A DNA stretch of 64,000 nt, taken from the NCBI GenBank assembly GCA_002189035.1, contig NEEC01000036.1, positions 14,583 to 78,582 of the forward strand. The letters run 5' to 3'. Of this stretch, positions 52,401 through 64,000 are shown piece after piece (the stretch's first letter is position 1; each line of letters begins with the position of its first letter). The notes beneath the pieces were generated by a model, which did no database searches, was not told where the DNA came from, and saw only the letters and a program-made list of their open reading frames with translations. The stretch comes from Utricularia gibba. Taxonomy: Eukaryota > Plantae > Magnoliophyta. The translations under genes and the position numbers were made by a program.

Positions 52401-55400
52401 TCGTCGACTCGCACCGGTTGGGCTCATGAGCCGGACCGAACGCAGCGCCGGACCAAGTGCCCAGTGAGAGTGGCCGACACAAAACGAGAAGTTGTTCCTT
52501 GAAAAACCTTGTAGGAAGCCCCTGAAAACCGAACGTTAATAAGTGCATCGCTTTAGTTGCCAGGCTACAACTAACTTTCGGCCCTAACCCAACCTGACCT
52601 TTGTCCCGTTCTAGGTGCCCCCAAGACCGCCTCCTCAAGTATAAAGTAAGTTGTTGAAAAAATCATGTGGGTGCACGTGACATCTTACTTTAAACAAATG
52701 CATCATTATTTTCGTCGACTCGCACCCGGTTGGGCTCATGAGCCGGACCGAACGCAGCGCCGGACCAAGTGCCCAGTGAGAGTGGCCGACACAAAACGAG
52801 AAGTTGTTCCTTGAAAAACCTTGTAGGAAGCCCCTGAAAACCGAACGTTAATAAGTGCATCGCTTTAGTTGCCAGGCTACAACTAACTTTCGGCCCTAAC
52901 CCAACCTGACCTTTGTCCCGTTCTAGGTGCCCCCCAAGACCGCCTCCTCAAGTATAAAGTAAGTTTTGAAAAAATCATGTGGGGTGCACGTGACATCTTA
53001 CTTTAAACAAATGCATCATTATTTTCGTCGACTCGCACCCGGTTGGGCTCATGAGCCGGACCGAACGCAGCGGACCAAGTGCCCAGTGAGAGTGGCCGAC
53101 ACAAAACGAGAAGTTGTTCCTTGAAAAACCTTGTAGGAAGCCCCTGAAAACCGAACGTTAATAAGTGCATCGCTTTAGTTGCCAGGCTACAACTAACTTT
53201 CGGCCCTAACCCAACCTGACCTTTGTCCCGTTCTAGGTGCCCCCCAAGACCGCCTCCTCAAGTATAAAGTAAGTTGTTGAAAAAATCATGTGGGTGCACG
53301 TGACATCTTACTTTAAACAAATGCATCATTATTTTCGTCGACTCGCACCGGTTGGGCTCATGAGCCGGACCGAACGCAGCGCCGGACCAAGTGCCCAGTG
53401 AGAGTGGCCGACACAAAACGAGAAGTTGTTCCTTGAAAAACCTTGTAGGAAGCCCCTGAAAACCGAACGTTAATAAGTGCATCGCTTTAGTTGCCAGGCT
53501 ACAACTAACTTTCGGCCCTAACCCAACCTGACCTTTGTCCCGTTCTAGGTGCCCCCAAGACCGCCTCCTCAAGTATAAAGTAAGTTGTTGAAAAAATCAT
53601 GTGGGGTGCACGTGACATCTTACTTTAAACAAATGCATCATTATTTTCGTCGACTCGCACCCGGTTGGGCTCATGAGCCGGACCGAACGCAGCGCCGGAC
53701 CAAGTGCCCAGTGAGAGTGGCCGACACAAAACGAGAAGTTGTTCCTTGAAAAACCTTGTAGGAAGCCCCTGAAAACCGAACGTTAATAAGTGCATCGCTT
53801 TAGTTGCCAGGCTACAACTAACTTTCGGCCCTAACCCAACCTGACCTTTGTCCCGTTCTAGGTGCCCCCCAAGACCGCCTCCTCAAGTATAAAGTAAGTT
53901 GTTGAAAAAATCATGTGGGGTGCACGTGACATCTTACTTTAAACAAATGCATCATTATTTTCGTCGACTCGCACCCGGTTGGGCTCATGAGCCGGACCGA
54001 ACGCAGCGCCGGACCAAGTGCCCAGTGAGAGTGGCCGACACAAAACGAGAAGTTGTTCCTTGAAAAACCTTGTAGGAAGCCCCTGAAAACCGAACGTTAA
54101 TAAGTGCATCGCTTTAGTTGCCAGGCTACAACTAACTTTCGGCCCTAACCCAACCTGACCTTTGTCCCGTTCTAGGTGCCCCCCAAGACCGCCTCCTCAA
54201 GTATAAAGTAAGTTGTTGAAAAAATCATGTGGGTGCACGTGACATCTTACTTTAAACAAATGCATCATTATTTTCGTCGACTCGCACCCGGTTGGGCTCA
54301 TGAGCCGGACCGAACGCAGCGCCGGACCAAGTGCCCAGTGAGAGTGGCCGACACAAAACGAGAAGTTGTTCCTTGAAAAACCTTGTAGGAAGCCCCTGAA
54401 AACCGAACGTTAATAAGTGCATCGCTTTAGTTGCCAGGCTACAACTAACTTTCGGCCCTAACCCAACCTGACCTTTGTCCCGTTCTAGGTGCCCCCCAAG
54501 ACCGCCTCCTCAAGTATAAAGTAAGTTGTTGAAAAAATCATGTGGGGTGCACGTGACATCTTACTTTAAACAAATGCATCATTATTTTCGTCGACTCGCA
54601 CCCGGTTGGGCTCATGAGCCGGACCGAACGCAGCGCCGGACCAAGTGCCCAGTGAGAGTGGCCGACACAAAACGAGAAGTTGTTCCTTGAAAAACCTTGT
54701 AGGAAGCCCCTGAAAACCGAACGTTAATAAGTGCATCGCTTTAGTTGCCAGGCTACAACTAACTTTCGGCCCTAACCCAACCTGACCTTTGTCCCGTTCT
54801 AGGTGCCCCCAAGACCGCCTCCTCAAGTATAAAGTAAGTTGTTGAAAAAATCATGTGGGGTGCACGTGACATCTTACTTTAAACAAATGCATCATTATTT
54901 TCGTCGACTCGCACCCGGTTGGGCTCATGAGCCGGACCGAACGCAGCGCCGGACCAAGTGCCCAGTGAGAGTGGCCGACACAAAACGAGAAGTTGTTCCT
55001 TGAAAAACCTTGTAGGAAGCCCCTGAAAACCGAACGTTAATAAGTGCATCGCTTTAGTTGCCAGGCTACAACTAACTTTCGGCCCTAACCCAACCTGACC
55101 TTTGTCCCGTTCTAGTGCCCCCCAAGACCGCCTCCTCAAGTATAAAGTAAGTTGTTGAAAAAATCATGTGGGGTGCACGTGACATCTTACTTTAAACAAA
55201 TGCATCATTATTTTCGTCGACTCGCACCCGGTTGGGCTCATGAGCCGGACCGAACGCAGCGCCGGACCAAGTGCCCAGTGAGTGGCCGACACAAAACGAG
55301 AAGTTGTTCCTTGAAAAACCTTGTAGGAAGCCCCTGAAAACCGAACGTTAATAAGTGCATCGCTTTAGTTGCCAGGCTACAACTAACTTCGGCCCTAACC

Positions 55401-58400
55401 CAACCTGACCTTTGTCCCGTTCTAGGTGCCCCCCAAGACCGCCTCCTCAAGTATAAAGTAAGTTGTTGAAAAAATCATGTGGGTGCACGTGACATCTTAC
55501 TTTAAACAAATGCATCATTATTTTCGTCGACTCGCACCCGGTTGGGCTCATGAGCCGGACCGAACGCAGCGCCGGACCAAGTGCCCAGTGAGAGTGGCCG
55601 ACACAAAACGAGAAGTTGTTCCTTGAAAAACCTTGTAGGAAGCCCCTGAAAACCGAACGTTAATAAGTGCATCGCTTTAGTTGCCAGGCTACAACTAACT
55701 TTCGGCCCTAACCCAACCTGACCTTTGTCCCGTTCTAGTGCCCCCCAAGACCGCCTCCTCAAGTATAAAGTAAGTTGTTGAAAAAATCATGTGGGGTGCA
55801 CGTGACATCTTACTTTAAACAAATGCATCATTATTTTCGTCGACTCGCAGTTGGGCTCATGAGCCGGACCGAACGCAGCGCCGGACCAAGTGCCCAGTGA
55901 GAGTGGCCGACACAAAACGAGAAGTTGTTCCTTGAAAAACCTTGTAGGAAGCCCCTGAAAACCGAACGTTAATAAGTGCATCGCTTTAGTTGCCAGGCTA
56001 CAACTAACTTTCGGCCCTAACCCAACCTGACCTTTGTCCCGTTCTAGGTGCCCCCCAAGACCGCCTCCTCAAGTATAAAGTAAGTTGTTGAAAAAATCAT
56101 GTGGGGTGCACGTGACATCTTACTTTAAACAAATGCATCATTATTTTCGTCGACTCGCACCGGTTGGGCTCATGAGCCGGACCGAACGCAGCGCCGGACC
56201 AAGTGCCCAGTGAGAGTGGCCGACACAAAACGAGAAGTTGTTCCTTGAAAAACCTTGTAGGAAGCCCCTGAAAACCGAACGTTAATAAGTGCATCGCTTT
56301 AGTTGCCAGGCTACAACTAACTTTCGGCCCTAACCCAACCTGACCTTTGTCCCGTTCTAGGTGCCCCCAAGACCGCCTCCTCAAGTATAAAGTAAGTTGT
56401 TGAAAAAATCATGTGGGTGCACGTGACATCTTACTTTAAACAAATGCATCATTATTTTCGTCGACTCGCACCCGGTTGGGCTCATGAGCCGGACCGAACG
56501 CAGCGCCGGACCAAGTGCCCAGTGAGAGTGGCCGACACAAAACGAGAAGTTGTTCCTTGAAAAACCTTGTAGGAAGCCCCTGAAAACCGAACGTTAATAA
56601 GTGCATCGCTTTAGTTGCCAGGCTACAACTAACTTTCGGCCCTAACCCAACCTGACCTTTGTCCCGTTCTAGGTGCCCCCCAAGACCGCCTCCTCAAGTA
56701 TAAAGTAAGTTGTTGAAAAAAATCATGTGGGGTGCACGTGACATCTTACTTTAAACAAATGCATCATTATTTTCGTCGACTCGCACCCGGTTGGGCTCAT
56801 GAGCCGGACCGAACGCAGCGCCGACCAAGTGCCCAGTGAGAGTGGCCGACACAAAACGAGAAGTTGTTCCTTGAAAAACCTTGTAGGAAGCCCCTGAAAA
56901 CCGAACGTTAATAAGTGCATCGCTTTAGTTGCCAGGCTACAACTAACTTTCGGCCCTAACCCAACCTGACCTTTGTCCCGTTCTAGGTGCCCCCAAGACC
57001 GCCTCCTCAAGTATAAAGTAAGTTGTTGAAAAAATCATGTGGGTGCACGTGACATCTTACTTTAAACAAATGCATCATTATTTTCGTCGACTCGCACCCG
57101 GTTGGCTCATGAGCCGGACCGAACGCAGCGCCGGACCAAGTGCCCAGTGAGAGTGGCCGACACAAAACGAGAAGTTGTTCCTTGAAAAACCTTGTAGGAA
57201 GCCCCTGAAAACCGAACGTTAATAAGTGCATCGCTTTAGTTGCCAGGCTACAACTAACTTTCGGCCCTAACCCAACCTGACCTTTGTCCCGTTCTAGGTG
57301 CCCCCCAAGACCGCCTCCTCAAGTATAAAGTAAGTTGTTGAAAAAATCATGTGGGGTGCACGTGACATCTTACTTTAAACAAATGCATCATTATTTTCGT
57401 CGACTCGCACCCGGTTGGGCTCATGAGCCGGACCGAACGCAGCGCCGGACCAAGTGCCCAGTGAGAGTGGCCGACACAAAACGAGAAGTTGTTCCTTGAA
57501 AAACCTTGTAGGAAGCCCCTGAAAACCGAACGTTAATAAGTGCATCGCTTTAGTTGCCAGGCTACAACTAACTTTCGGCCCTAACCCAACCTGACCTTTG
57601 TCCCGTTCTAGGTGCCCCCAAGACCGCCTCCTCAAGTATAAAGTAAGTTGTTGAAAAAATCATGTGGGGTGCACGTGACATCTTACTTTAAACAAATGCA
57701 TCATTATTTTCGTCGACTCGCACCGGTGGGCTCATGAGCCGGACCGAACGCAGCGCCGGACCAAGTGCCCAGTGAGAGTGGCCGACACAAAACGAGAAGT
57801 TGTTCCTTGAAAAACCTTGTAGGAAGCCCCTGAAAACCGAACGTTAATAAGTGCATCGCTTTAGTTGCCAGGCTACAACTAACTTTCGGCCCTAACCCAA
57901 CCTGACCTTTGTCCCGTTCTAGGTGCCCCCAAGACCGCCTCCTCAAGTATAAAGTAAGTTGTTGAAAAAATCATGTGGGGTGCACGTGACATCTTACTTT
58001 AAACAAATGCATCATTATTTTCGTCGACTCGCACCCGGTTGGGCTCATGAGCCGGACCGAACGCAGCGCCGGACCAAGTGCCCAGTGAGAGTGGCCGACA
58101 CAAAACGAGAAGTTGTTCCTTGAAAAACCTTGTAGGAAGCCCCTGAAAACCGAACGTTAATAAGTGCATCGCTTTAGTTGCCAGGCTACAACTAACTTTC
58201 GGCCCTAACCCAACCTGACCTTTGTCCCGTTCTAGGTGCCCCCCAAGACCGCCTCCTCAAGTATAAAGTAAGTTGTTGAAAAAATCATGTGGGGTGCACG
58301 TGACATCTTACTTTAAACAAATGCATCATTATTTTCGTCGACTCGCACCCGGTTGGGCTCATGAGCCGGACCGAACGCAGCGCCGGACCAAGTGCCCAGT

Positions 58401-61400
58401 GAGAGTGGCCGACACAAAACGAGAAGTTGTTCCTTGAAAAACCTTGTAGGAAGCCCCTGAAAACCGAACGTTAATAAGTGCATCGCTTTAGTTGCCAGGC
58501 TACAACTAACTTTCGGCCCTAACCCAACCTGACCTTTGTCCCGTTCTAGGTGCCCCCCAAGACCGCCTCCTCAAGTATAAAGTAAGTTGTTGAAAAAATC
58601 ATGTGGGGTGCACGTGACATCTTACTTTAAACAAATGCATCATTATTTTCGTCGACTCGCACCGGTTGGGCTCATGAGCCGGACCGAACGCAGCGCCGGA
58701 CCAAGTGCCCAGTGAGAGTGGCCGACACAAAACGAGAAGTTGTTCCTTGAAAAACCTTGTAGGAAGCCCCTGAAAACCGAACGTTAATAAGTGCATCGCT
58801 TTAGTTGCCAGGCTACAACTAACTTTCGGCCCTAACCCAACCTGACCTTTGTCCCGTTCTAGGTGCCCCCAAGACCGCCTCCTCAAGTATAAAGTAAGTT
58901 GTTGAAAAAATCATGTGGGGTGCACGTGACATCTTACTTTAAACAAATGCATCATTATTTTCGTCGACTCGCACCCGGTTGGGCTCATGAGCCGGACCGA
59001 ACGCAGCGCCGGACCAAGTGCCCAGTGAGAGTGGCCGACACAAAACGAGAAGTTGTTCCTTGAAAAACCTTGTAGGAAGCCCCTGAAAACCGAACGTTAA
59101 TAAGTGCATCGCTTTAGTTGCCAGGCTACAACTAACTTTCGGCCCTAACCCAACCTGACCTTTGTCCCGTTCTAGGTGCCCCCCAAGACCGCCTCCTCAA
59201 GTATAAAGTAAGTTGTTGAAAAAATCATGTGGGGTGCACGTGACATCTTACTTTAAACAAATGCATCATTATTTTCGTCGACTCGCACCGGTTGGGCTCA
59301 TGAGCCGGACCGAACGCAGCGCCGGACCAAGTGCCCAGTGAGAGTGGCCGACACAAAACGAGAAGTTGTTCCTTGAAAAACCTTGTAGGAAGCCCCTGAA
59401 AACCGAACGTTAATAAGTGCATCGCTTTAGTTGCCAGGCTACAACTAACTTTCGGCCCTAACCCAACCTGACCTTTGTCCCGTTCTAGGTGCCCCCCAAG
59501 ACCGCCTCCTCAAGTATAAAGTAAGTTGTTGAAAAAATCATGTGGGGTGCACGTGACATCTTACTTTAAACAAATGCATCATTATTTTCGTCGACTCGCA
59601 CCCGGTTGGGCTCATGAGCCGGACCGAACGCAGCGCCGGACCAAGTGCCCAGTGAGAGTGGCCGACACAAAACGAGAAGTTGTTCCTTGAAAAACCTTGT
59701 AGGAAGCCCCTGAAAACCGAACGTTAATAAGTGCATCGCTTTAGTTGCCAGGCTACAACTAACTTTCGGCCCTAACCCAACCTGACCTTTGTCCCGTTCT
59801 AGGTGCCCCCAAGACCGCCTCCTCAAGTATAAAGTAAGTTGTTGAAAAAATCATGTGGGGTGCACGTGACATCTTACTTTAAACAAATGCATCATTATTT
59901 TCGTCGACTCGCACCGTTGGGCTCATGAGCCGGACCGAACGCAGCGCCGGACCAAGTGCCCAGTGAGAGTGGCCGACAAAAACGAGAAGTTGTTCCTTGA
60001 AAAACCTTGTAGGAAGCCCCTGAAAACCGAACGTTAATAAGTGCATCGCTTTAGTTGCCAGGCTACAACTAACTTTCGGCCCTAACCCAACCTGACCTTT
60101 GTCCCGTTCTAGGTGCCCCCCAAGACCCCTCCTCAAGTATAAAGTAAGTTGTTGAAAAAATCATGTGGGGTGCACGTGACATCTTACTTTAAACAAATGC
60201 ATCATTATTTTCGTCGACTCGCACCCGGTTGGGCTCATGAGCCGGACCGAACGCAGCGCCGGACCAAGTGCCCAGTGAGTGGCCGACACAAAACGAGAAG
60301 TTGTTCCTTGAAAAACCTTGTAGGAAGCCCCTGAAAACCGAACGTTAATAAGTGCATCGCTTTAGTTGCCAGGCTACAACTAACTTTCGGCCCTAACCCA
60401 ACCTGACCTTTGTCCCGTTCTAGGTGCCCCCCAAGACCGCCTCCTCAAGTATAAAGTAAGTTGTTGAAAAAATCATGTGGGGTGCACGTGACATCTTACT
60501 TTAAACAAATGCATCATTATTTTCGTCGACTCGCACCCGGTTGGGCTCATGAGCCGGACCGAACGCAGCGCCGGACCAAGTGCCCAGTGAGAGTGGCCGA
60601 CACAAAACGAGAAGTTGTTCCTTGAAAAACCTTGTAGGAAGCCCCTGAAAACCGAACGTTAATAAGTGCATCGCTTTAGTTGCCAGGCTACAACTAACTT
60701 TCGGCCCTAACCCAACCTGACCTTTGTCCCGTTCTAGGTGCCCCCCAAGACCGCCTCCTCAAGTATAAAGTAAGTTGTTGAAAAAATCATGTGGGGTGCA
60801 CGTGACATCTTACTTTAAACAAATGCATCATTATTTTCGTCGACTCGCACCCGGTTGGGCTCATGAGCCGGACCGAACGCAGCGCCGGACCAAGTGCCCA
60901 GTGAGAGTGGCCGACACAAAACGAGAAGTTGTTCCTTGAAAAACCTTGTAGGAAGCCCCTGAAAACCGAACGTTAATAAGTGCATCGCTTTAGTTGCCAG
61001 GCTACAACTAACTTTCGGCCCTAACCCAACCTGACCTTTGTCCCGTTCTAGGTGCCCCCCAAGACCGCCTCCTCAAGTATAAAGTAAGTTGTTGAAAAAA
61101 TCATGTGGGTGCACGTGACATCTTACTTTAAACAAATGCATCATTATTTTCGTCGACTCGCACCCGGTTGGGCTCATGAGCCGGACCGAACGCAGCGCCG
61201 GACCAAGTGCCCAGTGAGAGTGGCCGACACAAAACGAGAAGTTGTTCCTTGAAAAACCTTGTAGGAAGCCCCTGAAAACCGAACGTTAATAAGTGCATCG
61301 CTTTAGTTGCCAGGCTACAACTAACTTTCGGCCCTAACCCAACCTGACCTTTGTCCCGTTCTAGGTGCCCCCAAGACCGCCTCCTCAAGTATAAAGTAAG

Positions 61401-64000
61401 TTGTTGAAAAAATCATGTGGGGTGCACGTGACATCTTACTTTAAACAAATGCATCATTATTTTCGTCGACTCGCACCGGTTGGGCTCATGAGCCGGACCG
61501 AACGCAGCGCCGGACCAAGTGCCCAGTGAGAGTGGCCGACACAAAACGAGAAGTTGTTCCTTGAAAAACCTTGTAGGAAGCCCCTGAAAACCGAACGTTA
61601 ATAAGTGCATCGCTTTAGTTGCCAGGCTACAACTAACTTTCGGCCCTAACCCAACCTGACCTTTGTCCCGTTCTAGGTGCCCCCAAGACCGCCTCCTCAA
61701 GTATAAAGTAAGTTGTTGAAAAAATCATGTGGGTGCACGTGACATCTTACTTTAAACAAATGCATCATTATTTTCGTCGACTCGCACCCGGTTGGGCTCA
61801 TGAGCCGGACCGAACGCAGCGCCGGACCAAGTGCCCAGTGAGAGTGGCCGACACAAAACGAGAAGTTGTTCCTTGAAAAACCTTGTAGGAAGCCCCTGAA
61901 AACCGAACGTTAATAAGTGCATCGCTTTAGTTGCCAGGCTACAACTAACTTTCGGCCCTAACCCAACCTGACCTTTGTCCCGTTCTAGGTGCCCCCAAGA
62001 CCGCCTCCTCAAGTATAAAGTAAGTTGTTGAAAAAATCATGTGGGGTGCACGTGACATCTTACTTTAAACAAATGCATCATTATTTTCGTCGACTCGCAC
62101 CCGGTTGGGCTCATGAGCCGGACCGAACGCAGCGCCGGACCAAGTGCCCAGTGAGAGTGGCCGACACAAAACGAGAAGTTGTTCCTTGAAAAACCTTGTA
62201 GGAAGCCCTGAAAACCGAACGTTAATAAGTGCATCGCTTTAGTTGCCAGGCTACAACTAACTTTCGGCCCTAACCCAACCTGACCTTTGTCCCGTTCTAG
62301 GTGCCCCCCAAGACCGCCTCCTCAAGTATAAAGTAAGTTGTTGAAAAAATCATGTGGGGTGCACGTGACATCTTACTTTAAACAAATGCATCATTATTTT
62401 CGTCGACTCGCACCCGGTTGGGCTCATGAGCCGGACCGAACGCAGCGCCGGACCAAGTGCCCAGTGAGAGTGGCCGACACAAAACGAGAAGTTGTTCCTT
62501 GAAAAACCTTGTAGGAAGCCCCTGAAAACCGAACGTTAATAAGTGCATCGCTTTAGTTGCCAGGCTACAACTAACTTTCGGCCCTAACCCAACCTGACCT
62601 TTGTCCCGTTCTAGGTGCCCCCCAAGACCGCCTCCTCAAGTATAAAGTAAGTTGTTGAAAAAATCATGTGGGGTGCACGTGACATCTTACTTTAAACAAA
62701 TGCATCATTATTTTCGTCGACTCGCACCCGGTTGGGCTCATGAGCCGGACGAACGCAGCGCCGGACCAAGTGCCCAGTGAGAGTGGCCGACACAAAACGA
62801 GAAGTTGTTCCTTGAAAAACCTTGTAGGAAGCCCCTGAAAACCGAACGTTAATAAGTGCATCGCTTTAGTTGCCAGGCTACAACTAACTTTCGGCCCTAA
62901 CCCAACCTGACCTTTGTCCCGTTCTAGGTGCCCCCCAAGACCGCCTCCTCAAGTATAAAGTAAGTTGTTGAAAAAATCATGTGGGTGCACGTGACATCTT
63001 ACTTTAAACAAATGCATCATTATTTTCGTCGACTCGCACCCGGTTGGGCTCATGAGCCGGACCGAACGCAGCGCCGGACCAAGTGCCCAGTGAGAGTGGC
63101 CGACACAAAACGAGAAGTTGTTCCTTGAAAAACCTTGTAGGAAGCCCCTGAAAACCGAACGTTAATAAGTGCATCGCTTTAGTTGCCAGGCTACAACTAA
63201 CTTTCGGCCCTAACCCAACCTGACCTTTGTCCCGTTCTAGGTGCCCCCAAGACCGCCTCCTCAAGTATAAAGTAAGTTGTTGAAAAAATCATGTGGGGTG
63301 CACGTGACATCTTACTTTAAACAAATGCATCATTATTTTCGTCGACTCGCACCCGGTTGGCTCATGAGCCGGACGAACGCAGCGCCGGACCAAGTGCCCA
63401 GTGAGAGTGGCCGACACAAAACGAGAAGTTGTTCCTTGAAAAACCTTGTAGGAAGCCCCTGAAAACCGAACGTTAATAAGTGCATCGCTTTAGTTGCCAG
63501 GCTACAACTAACTTTCGGCCCTAACCCAACCTGACCTTTGTCCCGTTCTAGGTGCCCCCCAAGACCGCCTCCTCAAGTATAAAGTAAGTTGTTGAAAAAA
63601 TCATGTGGGGTGCACGTGACATCTTACTTTAAACAAATGCATCATTATTTTCGTCGACTCGCACCCGGTTGGGCTCATGAGCCGGACCGAACGCAGCGCC
63701 GGACCAAGTGCCCAGTGAGAGTGGCCGACACAAAACGAGAAGTTGTTCCTTGAAAAACCTTGTAGGAAGCCCCTGAAAACCGAACGTTAATAAGTGCATC
63801 GCTTTAGTTGCCAGGCTACAACTAACTTTCGGCCCTAACCCAACCTGACCTTTGTCCCGTTCTAGGTGCCCCCCAAGACCGCCTCCTCAAGTATAAAGTA
63901 AGTTGTTGAAAAAATCATGTGGGGTGCACGTGACATCTTACTTTAAACAAATGCATCATTATTTTCGTCGACTCGCACCGGTTGGGCTCATGAGCCGGAC

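Larger units (their letters stand above)
1..64000 (+). repeat. Tandem satellite-like array or concatemer of a 313/314-bp monomer, about 200 head-to-tail copies, running off both window ends
   Basis: The same unit recurs throughout, e.g. AAGTTGTTGAAAAAATCATG starts at 111, 423, 737 and 1050. The recurrent minus-strand ORF is spaced 313 or 313+314 bp apart (1407->1720, 5355->5668->5981, 780->1407). No non-monomer sequence block was found. Confidence 0.99.

Noticed and set aside
55100-55750. Higher-order repeat suggested by the shared CTAGTG variant at about 55112 and 55735
   Set aside because: It is a one-base GG->G loss of the same class as the other homopolymer errors. It also occurs at about 41329, and the flanking variants do not repeat with it.
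1-64000. Stop-free concatemeric ORF of the DRT2/Neo rolling-circle type
   Set aside because: The unit length is not a multiple of 3, the ORF track shows no ORF longer than 166 aa on either strand, and no reverse transcriptase gene is present.
1-64000. CRISPR array
   Set aside because: There are no unique spacers; the whole unit repeats. No cas genes are present.

Overview
All 64,000 bp are one head-to-tail tandem array of a 313/314-bp unit, about 200 copies (64000/313.5 is about 204). All copies have the same orientation. I found no unique flank, transposon insertion, RNA gene, CRISPR array or credible CDS; every ORF in the track is a by-product of the repeat. A clean reference monomer is 737..1049 (313 bp, 155 G+C by hand count = 49.5% GC, 18 CpG). 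Three things stand out. (1) The monomer is a cryptic, diverged dimer of about 154 + 159 bp halves, a nucleosome-length architecture typical of eukaryotic, especially plant, satellite DNA. (2) Intact copies appear free of substitutions and differ almost only by homopolymer length (C5/C6, G4/G3, C3/C2). That fits a very young or rolling-circle array, a collapsed assembly consensus, or a noisy long read of a homogeneous template. (3) Patches of scrambled monomer fragments joined at microhomologies interrupt the array, and some junctions recur identically kilobases apart. Technical artefact is at least as likely as biology for points 2 and 3, and raw reads are needed to decide. I cannot assign the repeat to a named family or organism from sequence alone.
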